Origin: Candidatus Delongbacteria bacterium
GTDB lineage: Bacteria > CAIWAD01
DNA: 64,000 nucleotides
NCBI GenBank assembly: GCA_963663545.1
Contig: OY760505.1
Span: forward strand, 3,648,001-3,712,000
Direction of reading: 5' to 3'
A program made the position numbers and the translations under genes. Shown in pieces: positions 33,121 to 43,013 of the stretch; within the stretch, counting starts at the first letter, position 1; the number at the start of each line of letters is the position of its first letter. The notes beneath the pieces are model-generated. The model made no database searches, was not told the origin of the DNA, and saw only the letters and a program-made list of their open reading frames with translations.

Positions 33121-33953
33121 ATGAACGAACTCGCATTGGTTGAAAGCTATTCCTTGCGACAGGCGTTTTGCACTGACGGCAATACTGCCGTTTTGGATAA
33201 ACTTGGAACTCTGATTTTTCTTGAGGATACTGAATTTACTACTCTCAAGAACGTGGCAGCGTTTTACATGGTTCCCGAACAGGCAATCAAAAGTCTGGTC
33301 TTCGACCATAAAGACGAATTGCTGTCCGACGGATACAAGGTTATGTCCAAGAGTGAGTTGGAAAAGTTCCTTAAAGGAACTTTAGAAATACCCAACAGAG
33401 GATTGGCCATTTTTCCGAGGCGGGCCGTCCTAAGAATTGGATGTCTCTTGCGAGATTCAGCAGTGGCAAAGCTGGTTCTTATTTGCTCAACGCCGAGGAA
33501 CGCCTTGGAATGTCGCCCTATGACCAGCAAACTTTGCAGCATTTAGTCAGCCAACTCGACCAACACGCTGCCCAGCTCATAGAAAATGCTGACGAGTTGA
33601 AAAGCCACGCAGAGCAGTTGCGATCACAGACCAGGATGATAAAGGTGATTGTGGATGAGATTTACCACAACCGCAGCCTCATTGATAATGTCGAAACCGA
33701 TGTCAAGCAGAATAGGGAGCGGATTGTTGCCCTGGAAAGGCTCTCAGAGCTGCAAACTCGGGAGCCGGAAGTCAAGTACATCACACAGGAGCAAATCAAC
33801 ATCCTCAAGCAGAGGGTCAAGGAGAAGGGCAACCCGGCTACGGTTTGGGCCAAGCTGCGATTGCATTTCGATGTCACTCGATACATCTTCCTGCCGAGAA
33901 GCCGGTTTCGGGAGGTCTTAGACTGGCTGGAAAATTACCAACTGGAGGACTAG
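33121..33953 (+). pseudogene. phage-antirepressor-like DNA-binding protein with ORF6C-like C-terminus, frameshift near 33475
   Basis: FPRRAVLRIGCLLRDSAVAK / SYLLNAE; YITQEQINILKQRV..VWAKLRLHFDVTRYIFLPRSRFREVLDWL. Confidence 0.7.
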
Positions 33954-33967
33954 TATACAATCCCGAT

Positions 33968-34016
33968 AAGCAATGGTGCCAGGCATCGAAGAATGGTGCC
34001 AGGCATCGAAGCAATG
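33968..34016 (+). repeat. 21-nt repeat array, 2 copies
   Basis: aagcaatggtgccaggcatcgaagaatggtgccaggcatcgaagcaatg. Confidence 0.9.
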
Positions 34017-34380
34017 ATCGGCGAAACGGAGAAAAACACTACGCGGAACAGCAGTCCAATTTTAAAAGCCGGCATCGTTGATATCTTGCTTTTGCCATTG
34101 AGATGTAATATTAAAAAATAACCATAAGATAATTCAGATAACGCATTGCGTCATCTGCAATCCCGGGCCTTCAAAAAGAAAATTCCTATGCCATTAAAAT
34201 AATTTTTTTGTCAGAAAACCCATCTTGTTGCCAATAAACCTGTGCCCGATCGATAACATGCGCAAAATCGTAACTTTCATTGTGGCAGTCAATAAAAAGA
34301 TGCCAACAATGATCGGCAATACGCAGCCTTGTCAAATAATTAGAAAACTTCCTACATTTAATTTTGCGGAAAGGAAAACC

Positions 34381-34938
34381 ATGAAAACAATCGCAATATT
34401 CATTCTGGCGTTGTTTTTCTTGTTGGCCTCCGAGATGGTAGCGCAAGAGACAGCTTTGAACCTGGACGCCGAGATTCAGAAGATGGACACGGATATCAAG
34501 AAACAAGAAAAGCTGGTCACGGATCAAGCAGCTGCGGAAGCGCCGAAGCCCGGCAGTCAAATTCAGCCAGAATCCATCGAATTGAAAATGCTCCGTCAGC
34601 AGTTACAGATTCTGCAAATGCAGAAAGGGATGCTGATGCATGAAAAAAAACTGCAAAAACTATCTGAAAAGATGCAACTATCCCAAACCAGATCTGGCCA
34701 TATCCAAAACGACCTGATGGCTGTTTGCCCGATCGGTACAATCGTAATTTCTGTAGTGAATTTCAGTCAATTCTCTGCCAACAGCAAATTCGATCCAAAG
34801 ACCAGTAAGTGGGCGCCTGCTGATGGACGATTGGTGGCCGGATCAAAGTTCCAGGAATTATACGGCGATCACCTTCCCGACCTGCGTGGCCAGTTCATAG
34901 TGGGTTTCAATCCTCGATGCCTGGCACCAATGCTCTGA
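34381..34938 (+). pseudogene. tail-collar family paralog 3, truncated by a repeat array
   Basis: Signal peptide, coiled coil, PIGTIV..WAPADGR..LPDLRGQFIVG, then repeats from ~34914. Confidence 0.75.
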
Positions 34939-35090
34939 CGCCTGGCACCAATGCTCTGACGCCTGGCACCAATGATCATCATTGTAGCTTCCAATGCTCT
35001 GACGCCTGGCACCAATGATCATCATTGTAAGCTTTTTTTTGCCCCGATGCCTGGCACCAATGCTCTGCTCTGATGCCTGGCACCAATGCT
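34914..35090 (-). repeat. variant 21-nt repeat array upstream of RAYT copy 2
   Basis: ccaatgctctgacgcctggca / gatgcctggcacc units. Confidence 0.9.
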
Positions 35091-35349
35091 TACGGTCGCT
35101 TATTTTTATTGAAGGAAAACACCGTCTCACCCGGTTTCCAAATCGGGAAATAACGAACTATACATCGACCATCCCGATGATTTTGCTACTGATTTCGGCT
35201 TACCTAATCCCAATTGATGGCCTAAGTCCTGTTCTCTAAGCTTGTAGCGAGATTTATCTGGCGCTGATGGTTATTTTGTCCATTCACTCCTTATAATGGT
35301 GAAAAATTATTGCTCAACTTGGTCAGTAGATCATTATAAGGAGATTATC

Positions 35350-36069
35350 ATGCGTCCGCCAAGAATCAGTTACGCCGGTGGTGTCTACCATGTGACTATC
35401 CGCTGCAATAATCGCGAATTCAACTTTAAAGGCGATGACGATTTTGCTTTGTACATTCGGGTGCTCTTAGAAGCAAAGGCCAAATACGATGTCAAGATCT
35501 ACGCGTACTGTCTGACCAACAACCATATACATCTGCTAGTCGCCACCCCAGAAAAAGACAATCTTTCAAAGTTCATGGAGTATCTGAGCGGAAACTTCGC
35601 CAAAGCCTACAACAAAAAACATGGTCGCTCCGGTCATTTTTGGGGCGAGCGTTTTTTCAGCACCGTGATCGAGACCAGCTCTCAGTTTTTCAATACCGTA
35701 GCTTACATCGAGTTGAACATGCTACGCAATAGAGCGGTAGACCGCCCGGAGAAATGGCGATGGAGCAGTTATCGCGCTCATGCTTACGGACACGATGATC
35801 CTGTTGTCGATTTCCATCCGATGTATCTCGACATCGACCAAACTCCCCAAGAGCGCCAGCAAGCTTATCGGGATATGGTTGACAAACGCATTGCCGAGTT
35901 AGGCTTGCAAAAAGATCCGGCGATCTCTGCCGGCATTATTACCGGTAGCATTGCTTTTGTCCAGGGCCTCGTTGAAAAACTCGGCGAGAGAATCCCCTAT
36001 TATCACGACCGCAAGGTCTACTCCTGGGGCAGCCACGCTTGCCTTAAACGCAATCAATTCCCTGTGTGA
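35350..36069 (+). CDS. REP-associated tyrosine transposase (RAYT), copy 2, intact
   Basis: YHVTIRCNNR, NNHIHLL (HUH), GRSGHFWGERF, YIELN, WRWSSY; RBS aggag. Confidence 0.9.
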   Translation: MRPPRISYAGGVYHVTIRCNNREFNFKGDDDFALYIRVLLEAKAKYDVKIYAYCLTNNHIHLLVATPEKDNLSKFMEYLSGNFAKAYNKKHGRSGHFWGERFFSTVIETSSQFFNTVAYIELNMLRNRAVDRPEKWRWSSYRAHAYGHDDPVVDFHPMYLDIDQTPQERQQAYRDMVDKRIAELGLQKDPAISAGIITGSIAFVQGLVEKLGERIPYYHDRKVYSWGSHACLKRNQFPV

Positions 36070-36534
36070 TGCATTTGTCTCATTAGATTAGCCGCTACTG
36101 CCTGTTTTTACTTCATCACAGAGATAGTCTGTCTGCATTTCGCCATTTTTCCTGATTTTGGGCTGTTTTTGGCCTTGATCTCGAATCTCATCCCTATTTT
36201 TTCGAAATTTTATCTGCGTTTTCCCCATAAAATTTTTTTTGTGGTGGCCTTCGATCATTTGACCAGTTCATTTTGTCGATCATCATCTCCGGTTTTTTCT
36301 TCTGTTCGGCTCAATCGCTTATTTTGTAGACTTCTCCGGGTGGCTGGCACGAGTATTATTCTTTGGTAAACTATCGCCAGGCCGGGGTAGCTAACCGCTT
36401 CTGGCCTTGTAATTTCGCTAAGAATATGCTCTAATATAAGGTACGGATTGTTTTGGACCGCAGCGGTTTGGATATTGAACCGGCCATAAATGCGCCTTGC
36501 TAATCATCAAACATGAAAGAGAGATATAGCGATA

Positions 36535-37866
36535 ATGGATTCGGCACTACACAGTACAATTGTCGGCTTTATTTGGGGAATTGCGGACGACGTGCTTCGT
36601 GACGTATATGTCCGCGGGAAATATCGCGACGTCATCCTGCCGATGACGGTGCTGCGGCGGCTGGACGCGGTGCTTGAACCGACCAAACGAGCGGTTATGG
36701 AAATGAAAGCATCGCTGGATAAAGGCGGCGTTACCAATCAAGACGCGGCGCTTCGCCATGCTGCCGGTCAGGCGTTCTACAACACCTCGCCCTATACTTT
36801 GCGAGATTTGCGGGCGCGGGCCAATCAGCACCAACTGCGGGCCGATTTCGAAGCGTATCTCGACGGGTTTTCGCCCAACGTGCAGCAGATCCTCGACAAT
36901 TTCGAGTTTCGCCATCAGATTCCCCGGTTAGCGAAGGCCGATGCGCTGGGCACGCTTATCGAGAAGTTCCTCGATGCCGCGATCAACCTCGGCCCGCAGC
37001 CGGTGCTCAACGGCGATGGCTCGATCAAATTGGCGGGGCTGGATAACCATTCGATGGGCACGATTTTTGAGGAACTGGTGCGGCGGTTCAATGAAGAGAA
37101 TAACGAAGAAGCCGGCGAACACTGGACGCCCCGCGATGCCGTCAAGTTGATGGCCAATCTGATCTTTTTGCCGATTGCCGAGCACATCGAATCCGGGACC
37201 TATCTGCTCTATGATGGAGCGTGCGGGACCGGCGGCATGTTGACGGTGGCCGAAGAGACGCTCCATGGGTTGGCGAAAAAACACGGCAAGCAAGTCTCCA
37301 CTCACCTCTATGGCCAGGAAATCAACGCCGAGACCTATGCGATATGTAAAGCCGATCTGCTGCTCAAGGGGGAAGGCGAGGCCGCGGACAACATCATCGG
37401 CGGGCCGGAGTACTCGACCCTGGCCAATGACGCCTTTCGCCGCAGCACGTTCGATTTCATGCTCTCCAACCCGCCTTATGGTAAGAGCTGGAAAAACGAC
37501 CTGGAACGGATGGGCGGGAAGACCGGACTGAAAGACCCGCGCTTTTTGATCAAACACGCCGGCGACCCGGAGTACTCGCTGGTCACCCGCTCCAATGACG
37601 GGCAGATGCTGTTTTTGGCGAATATGTTGAGCAAGATGAAAGACAACACACCGCTCGGCAGTCGCATTGCCGAGGTCCACAACGGTTCGTCGCTGTTCAC
37701 CGGCGACGCCGGCCAGGGCGAGAGCAATATCCGGCGGTGGATCATCGAAAACGACTGGCTGGAAGCGATTGTCGCGCTGCCGCTCAATATGTTCTACAAC
37801 ACCACGATAAAGTTGAAGAATCAATCTGTCGGCGATTACTCTGGAAATTATTTTGATCGGAGCTAA
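36535..37866 (+). pseudogene. hsdM: type I R-M methyltransferase subunit, C-terminally truncated; no hsdS/hsdR adjacent
   Basis: GEHWTPRD, YDGACGTGGML, SNPPYG, NDGQMLF; recognisable homology stops at LPLNMFYNT (~37803). Confidence 0.85.
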
Positions 37867-37868
37867 AA

Positions 37869-38318
37869 ATGGAAACGGCTAGAGCTATTCAAGGAAAGTG
37901 TCTTTGCGGAGCGGTGACGTTCGAGATCATCCCACCGACTGACTTTTGCGCACATTGCCATTGCCAATCCTGCCGCCTATCGCACGGCGCGGCATTTGTC
38001 ACCTGGACTTCAGTTCCTCGCCGACAATTTCGTTATATTCAAGGCGAGGACTGTATCACCTGGTACCTTTCTTCGCAATACGTCCGGTGGGGATTTTGTA
38101 AAATTTGTGGAAGTCACATGCTCTATCAAGCGATAAAAGAAGGGCATCCTGAATGTCCGAAAACGGATCGCATTTATATTTCAGTGGGAAATCTCATCGA
38201 TGCGATGGATCAGGTTCCCCAGGCCCATGTGAGTTATGAGGAAAGGCTACATTGGATGAAGACGCACGATAATTTACCAAAATATCGCGGCAAGACCAAA
38301 GAAACTGTTGCCGATTAA
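37869..38318 (+). CDS. GFA/CENP-V family Zn-binding protein
   Basis: GKCLCGAV, CHCQSCR, FCKICGS. Confidence 0.9.
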   Translation: METARAIQGKCLCGAVTFEIIPPTDFCAHCHCQSCRLSHGAAFVTWTSVPRRQFRYIQGEDCITWYLSSQYVRWGFCKICGSHMLYQAIKEGHPECPKTDRIYISVGNLIDAMDQVPQAHVSYEERLHWMKTHDNLPKYRGKTKETVAD

Positions 38319-38334
38319 GGAATCAGGAGGCCCC

Positions 38335-39333
38335 ATGAAATTATTGCTTATCGGCGGAACGACGTTTCTCGGTAGACACGTCGTTCAATATGCGCAAGAA
38401 AAATCCTGGGAAGTGACCATGTTCAATCGGGGACGCACCAATCCGGAGCTTTTCCCCGAAGTGGAAAAAATACGCGGCGACCGTGACCGTGATATCCACC
38501 TTTTGAAGGGAAGAAACTGGGATGCGGTCATCGACACCTGCGGGTATTTCCCGCAGCAGGTCGAAAAATCGGCGAGAGCACTCGTTGACCATGTCGGGCA
38601 ATACATCTTCGTGTCGAGTGCATCAGTCTACTCAGACCTTTCCCCAAGCAAAATAAATGAGGACACCGCAACCGCGCACTTGGATGTCGGACAAAACCCC
38701 AATGATAACACTCCGGAAACCTACGGTGCCCGCAAAGCTCTTGGTGAAAGAGAGGTACTGGCTGTTTTTCAAGAGCGCGGGGTCATCGTCAGACCCGGTC
38801 TGATCGTCGGGCCCTACGATCCTTCGGGAAGGTTCACCTATTGGGTCGAGAGATTTTTAGCGGATGGCAAAGTTTTGGTTCCGGCGGTGCCGGATGCTCC
38901 CGTGCAAATCATAGATGCCAGGGATTTGGCCGAGTGGCTGGTAAAACTCGCCGCTAACCAGATGACGGGAATTTTCAACGCCGTCGGGCCAAAGGAACCA
39001 CTTCGCTTTGCGGAAGTCATTGATAAATGCGCTGAAGTGACAAACTCGAACAACGAAATCGTGGGGGTAGCCGAGGAGTTTTTGCTCGCCAACGGCGTGT
39101 GCCCGTGGATGCAAATTCCGCTATGGCTTCCCCGGGAATTATGGGGAATGTGCCGACTCGATATCCGAAAGGCGATCTCGTGCGGGTTAGAATTCATGCC
39201 GCTCAGGACTACCATTGCGGACACGATGAACTGGATCAGCAAAGACAATCCAGTTGCTCGCCCCTCTCCTCCTGGAGTAGGACTCACCCGGCAAAGAGAA
39301 AAAGAGCTGCTGGAAAAATTGAGCGAGCGGTGA
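38335..39333 (+). CDS. NAD-dependent epimerase/dehydratase (atypical SDR)
   Basis: LIGGTTFLG, WDAVIDTCGY, YGARK, RPGLIVGPYD. Confidence 0.9.
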   Translation: MKLLLIGGTTFLGRHVVQYAQEKSWEVTMFNRGRTNPELFPEVEKIRGDRDRDIHLLKGRNWDAVIDTCGYFPQQVEKSARALVDHVGQYIFVSSASVYSDLSPSKINEDTATAHLDVGQNPNDNTPETYGARKALGEREVLAVFQERGVIVRPGLIVGPYDPSGRFTYWVERFLADGKVLVPAVPDAPVQIIDARDLAEWLVKLAANQMTGIFNAVGPKEPLRFAEVIDKCAEVTNSNNEIVGVAEEFLLANGVCPWMQIPLWLPRELWGMCRLDIRKAISCGLEFMPLRTTIADTMNWISKDNPVARPSPPGVGLTRQREKELLEKLSER

Positions 39334-39412
39334 AAAGAGGCGTTATGCTGAATTTGGAAATAGCGAAGATTGTCGAAGGATGCACTACCGAATCAAATGT
39401 TTTTTTATAATT

Positions 39413-40588
39413 TTATCGCCGGGCATTTGGACGATATTTCACCTTAAACTTGCGAACTTTTCCTCGCTCTCCGCAGGCAAGCTCTATCGTCTCCGGACGC
39501 CCCTTTTCTTGCAGCCATTTGAGGATGTGCGGAATCACATTATCCGAATACTTGACGACCGTAGTGCTGGATACACCGCTGCTCACCGGAAATTTTCGGC
39601 AGTACTGCTCCTGATCCAACCCGAGATGGCGAATCAGAGCTGCGACCAGCCTTGAATGCGGTTTATCATTGATGCTGTACACTCCTATTTTGACCGCCAG
39701 TTCCTGAGCGTCATGGTAAAGCGATTCGCTTTCCAATAATGCTTTTTCGGGCAGGAGAACATCGTGCGCCTGACAAAGTTCGCGGGTGTACTTCCTTCTC
39801 TCCGTTGGCGAAAGGTCATACATGGCAGACATTTGATCCACGAGTCTTTGTATTTTTTCGTATCCTGAAAACATGTCGTGCGGGAGCATTTCCGCCAGGA
39901 AGGCGTCAATGTTATCAAACCCACGCATAACGTACTGCTGGAACTGTTCTTGTTTGGCAATTACCTGGATAACGTACTGCTGGAACTGCTCTTGCTTGGC
40001 AATTACCTGGATAACGTACTGCTGGAACTGTTCTTGTTGTCGGCGCTGTTGCAGCGATTGATGGATAAATTGCTCGATGGTTTGTTGCAAAGATTGCTGT
40101 TGTCTGACCATTTCCTGAAGTTGTGCCGATATGTTGGCTGCCGGTAGCCATTCTGACTGCTCTGTCCGATAAGTAGCTTCAAATTTTCCTGTACGAAGGA
40201 TTGATGGTAAAATATCGCCAGTGATCCAGCGACGAAAAACCAAAGCTTCTGGTTTTCGTGAGAGGATAGCGACTGTATACAAACCGGATTCCGTAAGTAC
40301 GATCAGAGAAGGAGAATGTTTGAACGATTCATGAACTCGTCCCGTTTAACGGGACGAGTTCAGTAACTCTTTGAGACAATCGAGGTTATCGCCACGTAAG
40401 ATCAAATATTCGATGTTTTCGGCAAAACTCTCACTGTCACTCAAACGTTTTGCCAAGTCTTCATACCCCAGTTGCTCTTCCAGTTCTTGCGGTAGAAAGA
40501 TAAAACCGACGCCCTGCATCTCAATAGGTGTAACCTTAAAACCCATATCATTGGTGTAAGTACCTGTTACTTGAAACATCTCAAGCAT
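39413..40588 (-). pseudogene. Bro-N domain antirepressor-like protein with one in-frame TAA at 40346-40348
   Basis: Both ORF halves are in the same frame; LTESGLYTVAILSRKPEALVFRRWITGDILPSI; 42-bp x3 repeat (QEQFQQYVIQVIAK) at ~39928-40040. Confidence 0.85.
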
Positions 40589-40983
40589 CTGTATTCCGGT
40601 TGATTGATTCCAGGAAGGACTTCAACGCTTACCCATTCGCGAAAGCCATGGATCTCGGGTTTACGGGACAATGCCAGGAGGTTTCGCAGCCCGGATTCGG
40701 TGAGAACAATAAAGGCTGGGCAATGTTTTAGCTCCATAACTGACGCAATACTATTGCGTGTGTTTAGCAAATTTTTCAATTCCGAAAGATTGGAGTCCTT
40801 CAACACGATATATTCAGCCCCTTCGATAAATGACTCACTTTGTCTTACAGTGTTGGCCAAATTTCCATACCCTAGCTGTTCTTCCAGCTCCTTGGGCAGA
40901 AAAATCAATCCCACACCTTCCATTTTTATGGGGGTGAGGTGGAACCCGATTTCATTGGTGTAAGTTTTGATTAGTTCAAACAT
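40567..40983 (-). CDS. stand-alone Bro-N domain protein, paralog of downstream gene
   Basis: LTESGLRNLLALSRKPEIHGFREWVSVEVLP. Confidence 0.8.
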   Translation of the reverse strand: MFELIKTYTNEIGFHLTPIKMEGVGLIFLPKELEEQLGYGNLANTVRQSESFIEGAEYIVLKDSNLSELKNLLNTRNSIASVMELKHCPAFIVLTESGLRNLLALSRKPEIHGFREWVSVEVLPGINQPEYRCLRCFK

Positions 40984-41000
40984 GTGCTGCCTCATAAAAG

Positions 41001-41179
41001 TTATCCACAATATTTGTTTATTGCCAAATTTTCGTATTCTAGCTGTTTTTCCAGCTCCTTGGATAGAAAAATTGGTCCCACGCCCTCCATCGAATGTACG
41101 GTGACCGAGTTATCCACAATTTTGCAAGAACATCTTCGATTACCAAAATTTTTCTTCATTACTGCCTGAGTTATCCACA
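41001..41179 (+). promoter_or_regulatory. three co-oriented consensus DnaA boxes TTATCCACA
   Basis: 41001-41009, 41110-41118, 41171-41179. Confidence 0.55.
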
Positions 41180-41342
41180 AAACGTCATCTGCTCCCGGCT
41201 GAAATTGACCGGTGATGGGGGGGGGTGCCGTGACTTCGATGGTTCAGGAAAATATCGGGCAAAACCCCATTTTACTTACTTTTTATCGTTTTTGAAAGCT
41301 TCCGTTTTCAGGAATTTCATGTATTCGTCGGTAAGTTTTTTC

Positions 41343-41812
41343 AATGCTCCGACGCCTGGCACCAATGATCCAATGATAATGCCTGCTCCGATGACACCAA
41401 TGCTCCGACGCCTGGCACCAATGATGCCTGCTCCAGATTAAAAAGATTGCAGTACCTGGAGTTTCTTTTATAATTTATGATCGAAATCAAAAGTTGTTGG
41501 AGGAAATTGACAACTACCTGCTATAGCTGTTAGCCAGTCATTGCTTCGATGCCTGGCACCATTGCTCCGATGCCTGGCACCATTGCTCCGATGCCTGGCA
41601 CCATTGCTGCACCATTGCTCAATGCTCCTCTGATGCCAGGCACCATTGCTCCACCATTGCCCGACCGCTTTTTGCACCATTGCTCCGATGCCTGGCACCA
41701 TTGCTCCGATGCCTGGCACCATTGCTCCGATGCCTGGCACCATTGCTGCACCATTGCTCAATGCTCCTCTGATGCCAGGCACCATTGCTCCACCATTGCC
41801 CGACCGCTTTTT
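41343..41812 (-). repeat. 21-nt repeat arrays with a 139-bp higher-order duplication
   Basis: Degenerate units 41343-41435; block 41539-41672 repeated at 41678-41811. Confidence 0.9.
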
Positions 41813-42589
41813 AGCAATCTTCTTACTTTGCCGAATCTTTAAGAGAGATTTACGTTACTGCCTGATAGGCTTATGAAATAAAGGTCAGCCCCAGAAATGA
41901 TCCAATACCGTTTTGAGCGCATTTCCTCTATAAGGTAGTATTTCACGGCGCTTCAGCGGGGGATCTACTTTTCTATTAATAACCGCAATAAGTTACTATT
42001 GAGATTGGATGATTGCTGTTCTATTTTTGCCAGCAAAACACGCAACCCTGGTATTGGAGTAGCCAAAAGTAGATATTGCTCTCTACTCTTTATTTTATAG
42101 TCGCTACAAAGCAATTGTTCTCAAAAGCACTTTGGATCATTTCAGCTTTGCCCCTTAAAAAACATGAAAGAGGGGCTTATCGGTTATTTACTGTTAAGTG
42201 CTTCAGGGCAAAAATATGTGTAGGGGTCGTGACCGTGATCGAAAAACGTTTCCCGGGCGAGTTTAAAGAACCGCCGGGGTGATCCACACGGCTTGGTAAG
42301 GCCAGCTTTGCAACAGTGCCTATGGGCACTGCTTCTCTTTCTTGCCGGCTCGGCGACCAAGCCGCTTTTCGTTGGACGGCGCGCCCGAGCAAGTACTGGA
42401 GGCGCAACGGTTTTGGACAGCAACCGCCGGGCGACCTGGACTGTTTGGCAACATCGACTTTGCGACACTGCGCATGGCCACGGCCACAGCTTTTTTTTCT
42501 CGCCGGCGTACGCTTAGTGCAGGTGGCCACAAATAATTTTGACCGGATTTTATTGACTTGCAGAGCGATTTTTGAGAAAATAAGAAAGT

Positions 42590-42650
42590 GGCAGCGTCTC
42601 GCCGCTGTTCTCACAATACGGCTAACAACAGCGGCGAGACGCCGCTGCCA
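42590..42650. repeat. GC-rich REP-like hairpin
   Basis: gcgtctcgccgctgtt ... aacagcggcgagacgc. Confidence 0.6.
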
Positions 42651-43013
42651 CATTATGTCTGCTCTCTAAGCCTGATTCTACCAAATCACAAGAACTTCTG
42701 TCCACCTGTACTTACTATGTAGCTTTCTATCCAACTGCCAATTAATAAATAAGTTATGATATTGTTTCTTTAACGTTTTGAAAAACAAACAGATATGTCT
42801 TTTGTCGCACATATCCAATGATTTAGATATTTTCCTGGATATGCATCTTTTATATGAGTTATTTACTGGTTTGTTGTGTCACGATTGATTCTTCTGGGGT
42901 TTTATGAAAATCACCGGTAAATGTCAAGTCTTTTTTGAACATTTTTCCAAATAGGCAAATATTCCCACCAATCTCGATAATTCAAGGCATAACAGATAAA
43001 CGGATAACCTGAA

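Noticed and set aside
36535..37866. Functional type I R-M system
   Set aside because: hsdM is truncated and no hsdS or hsdR is in the window.
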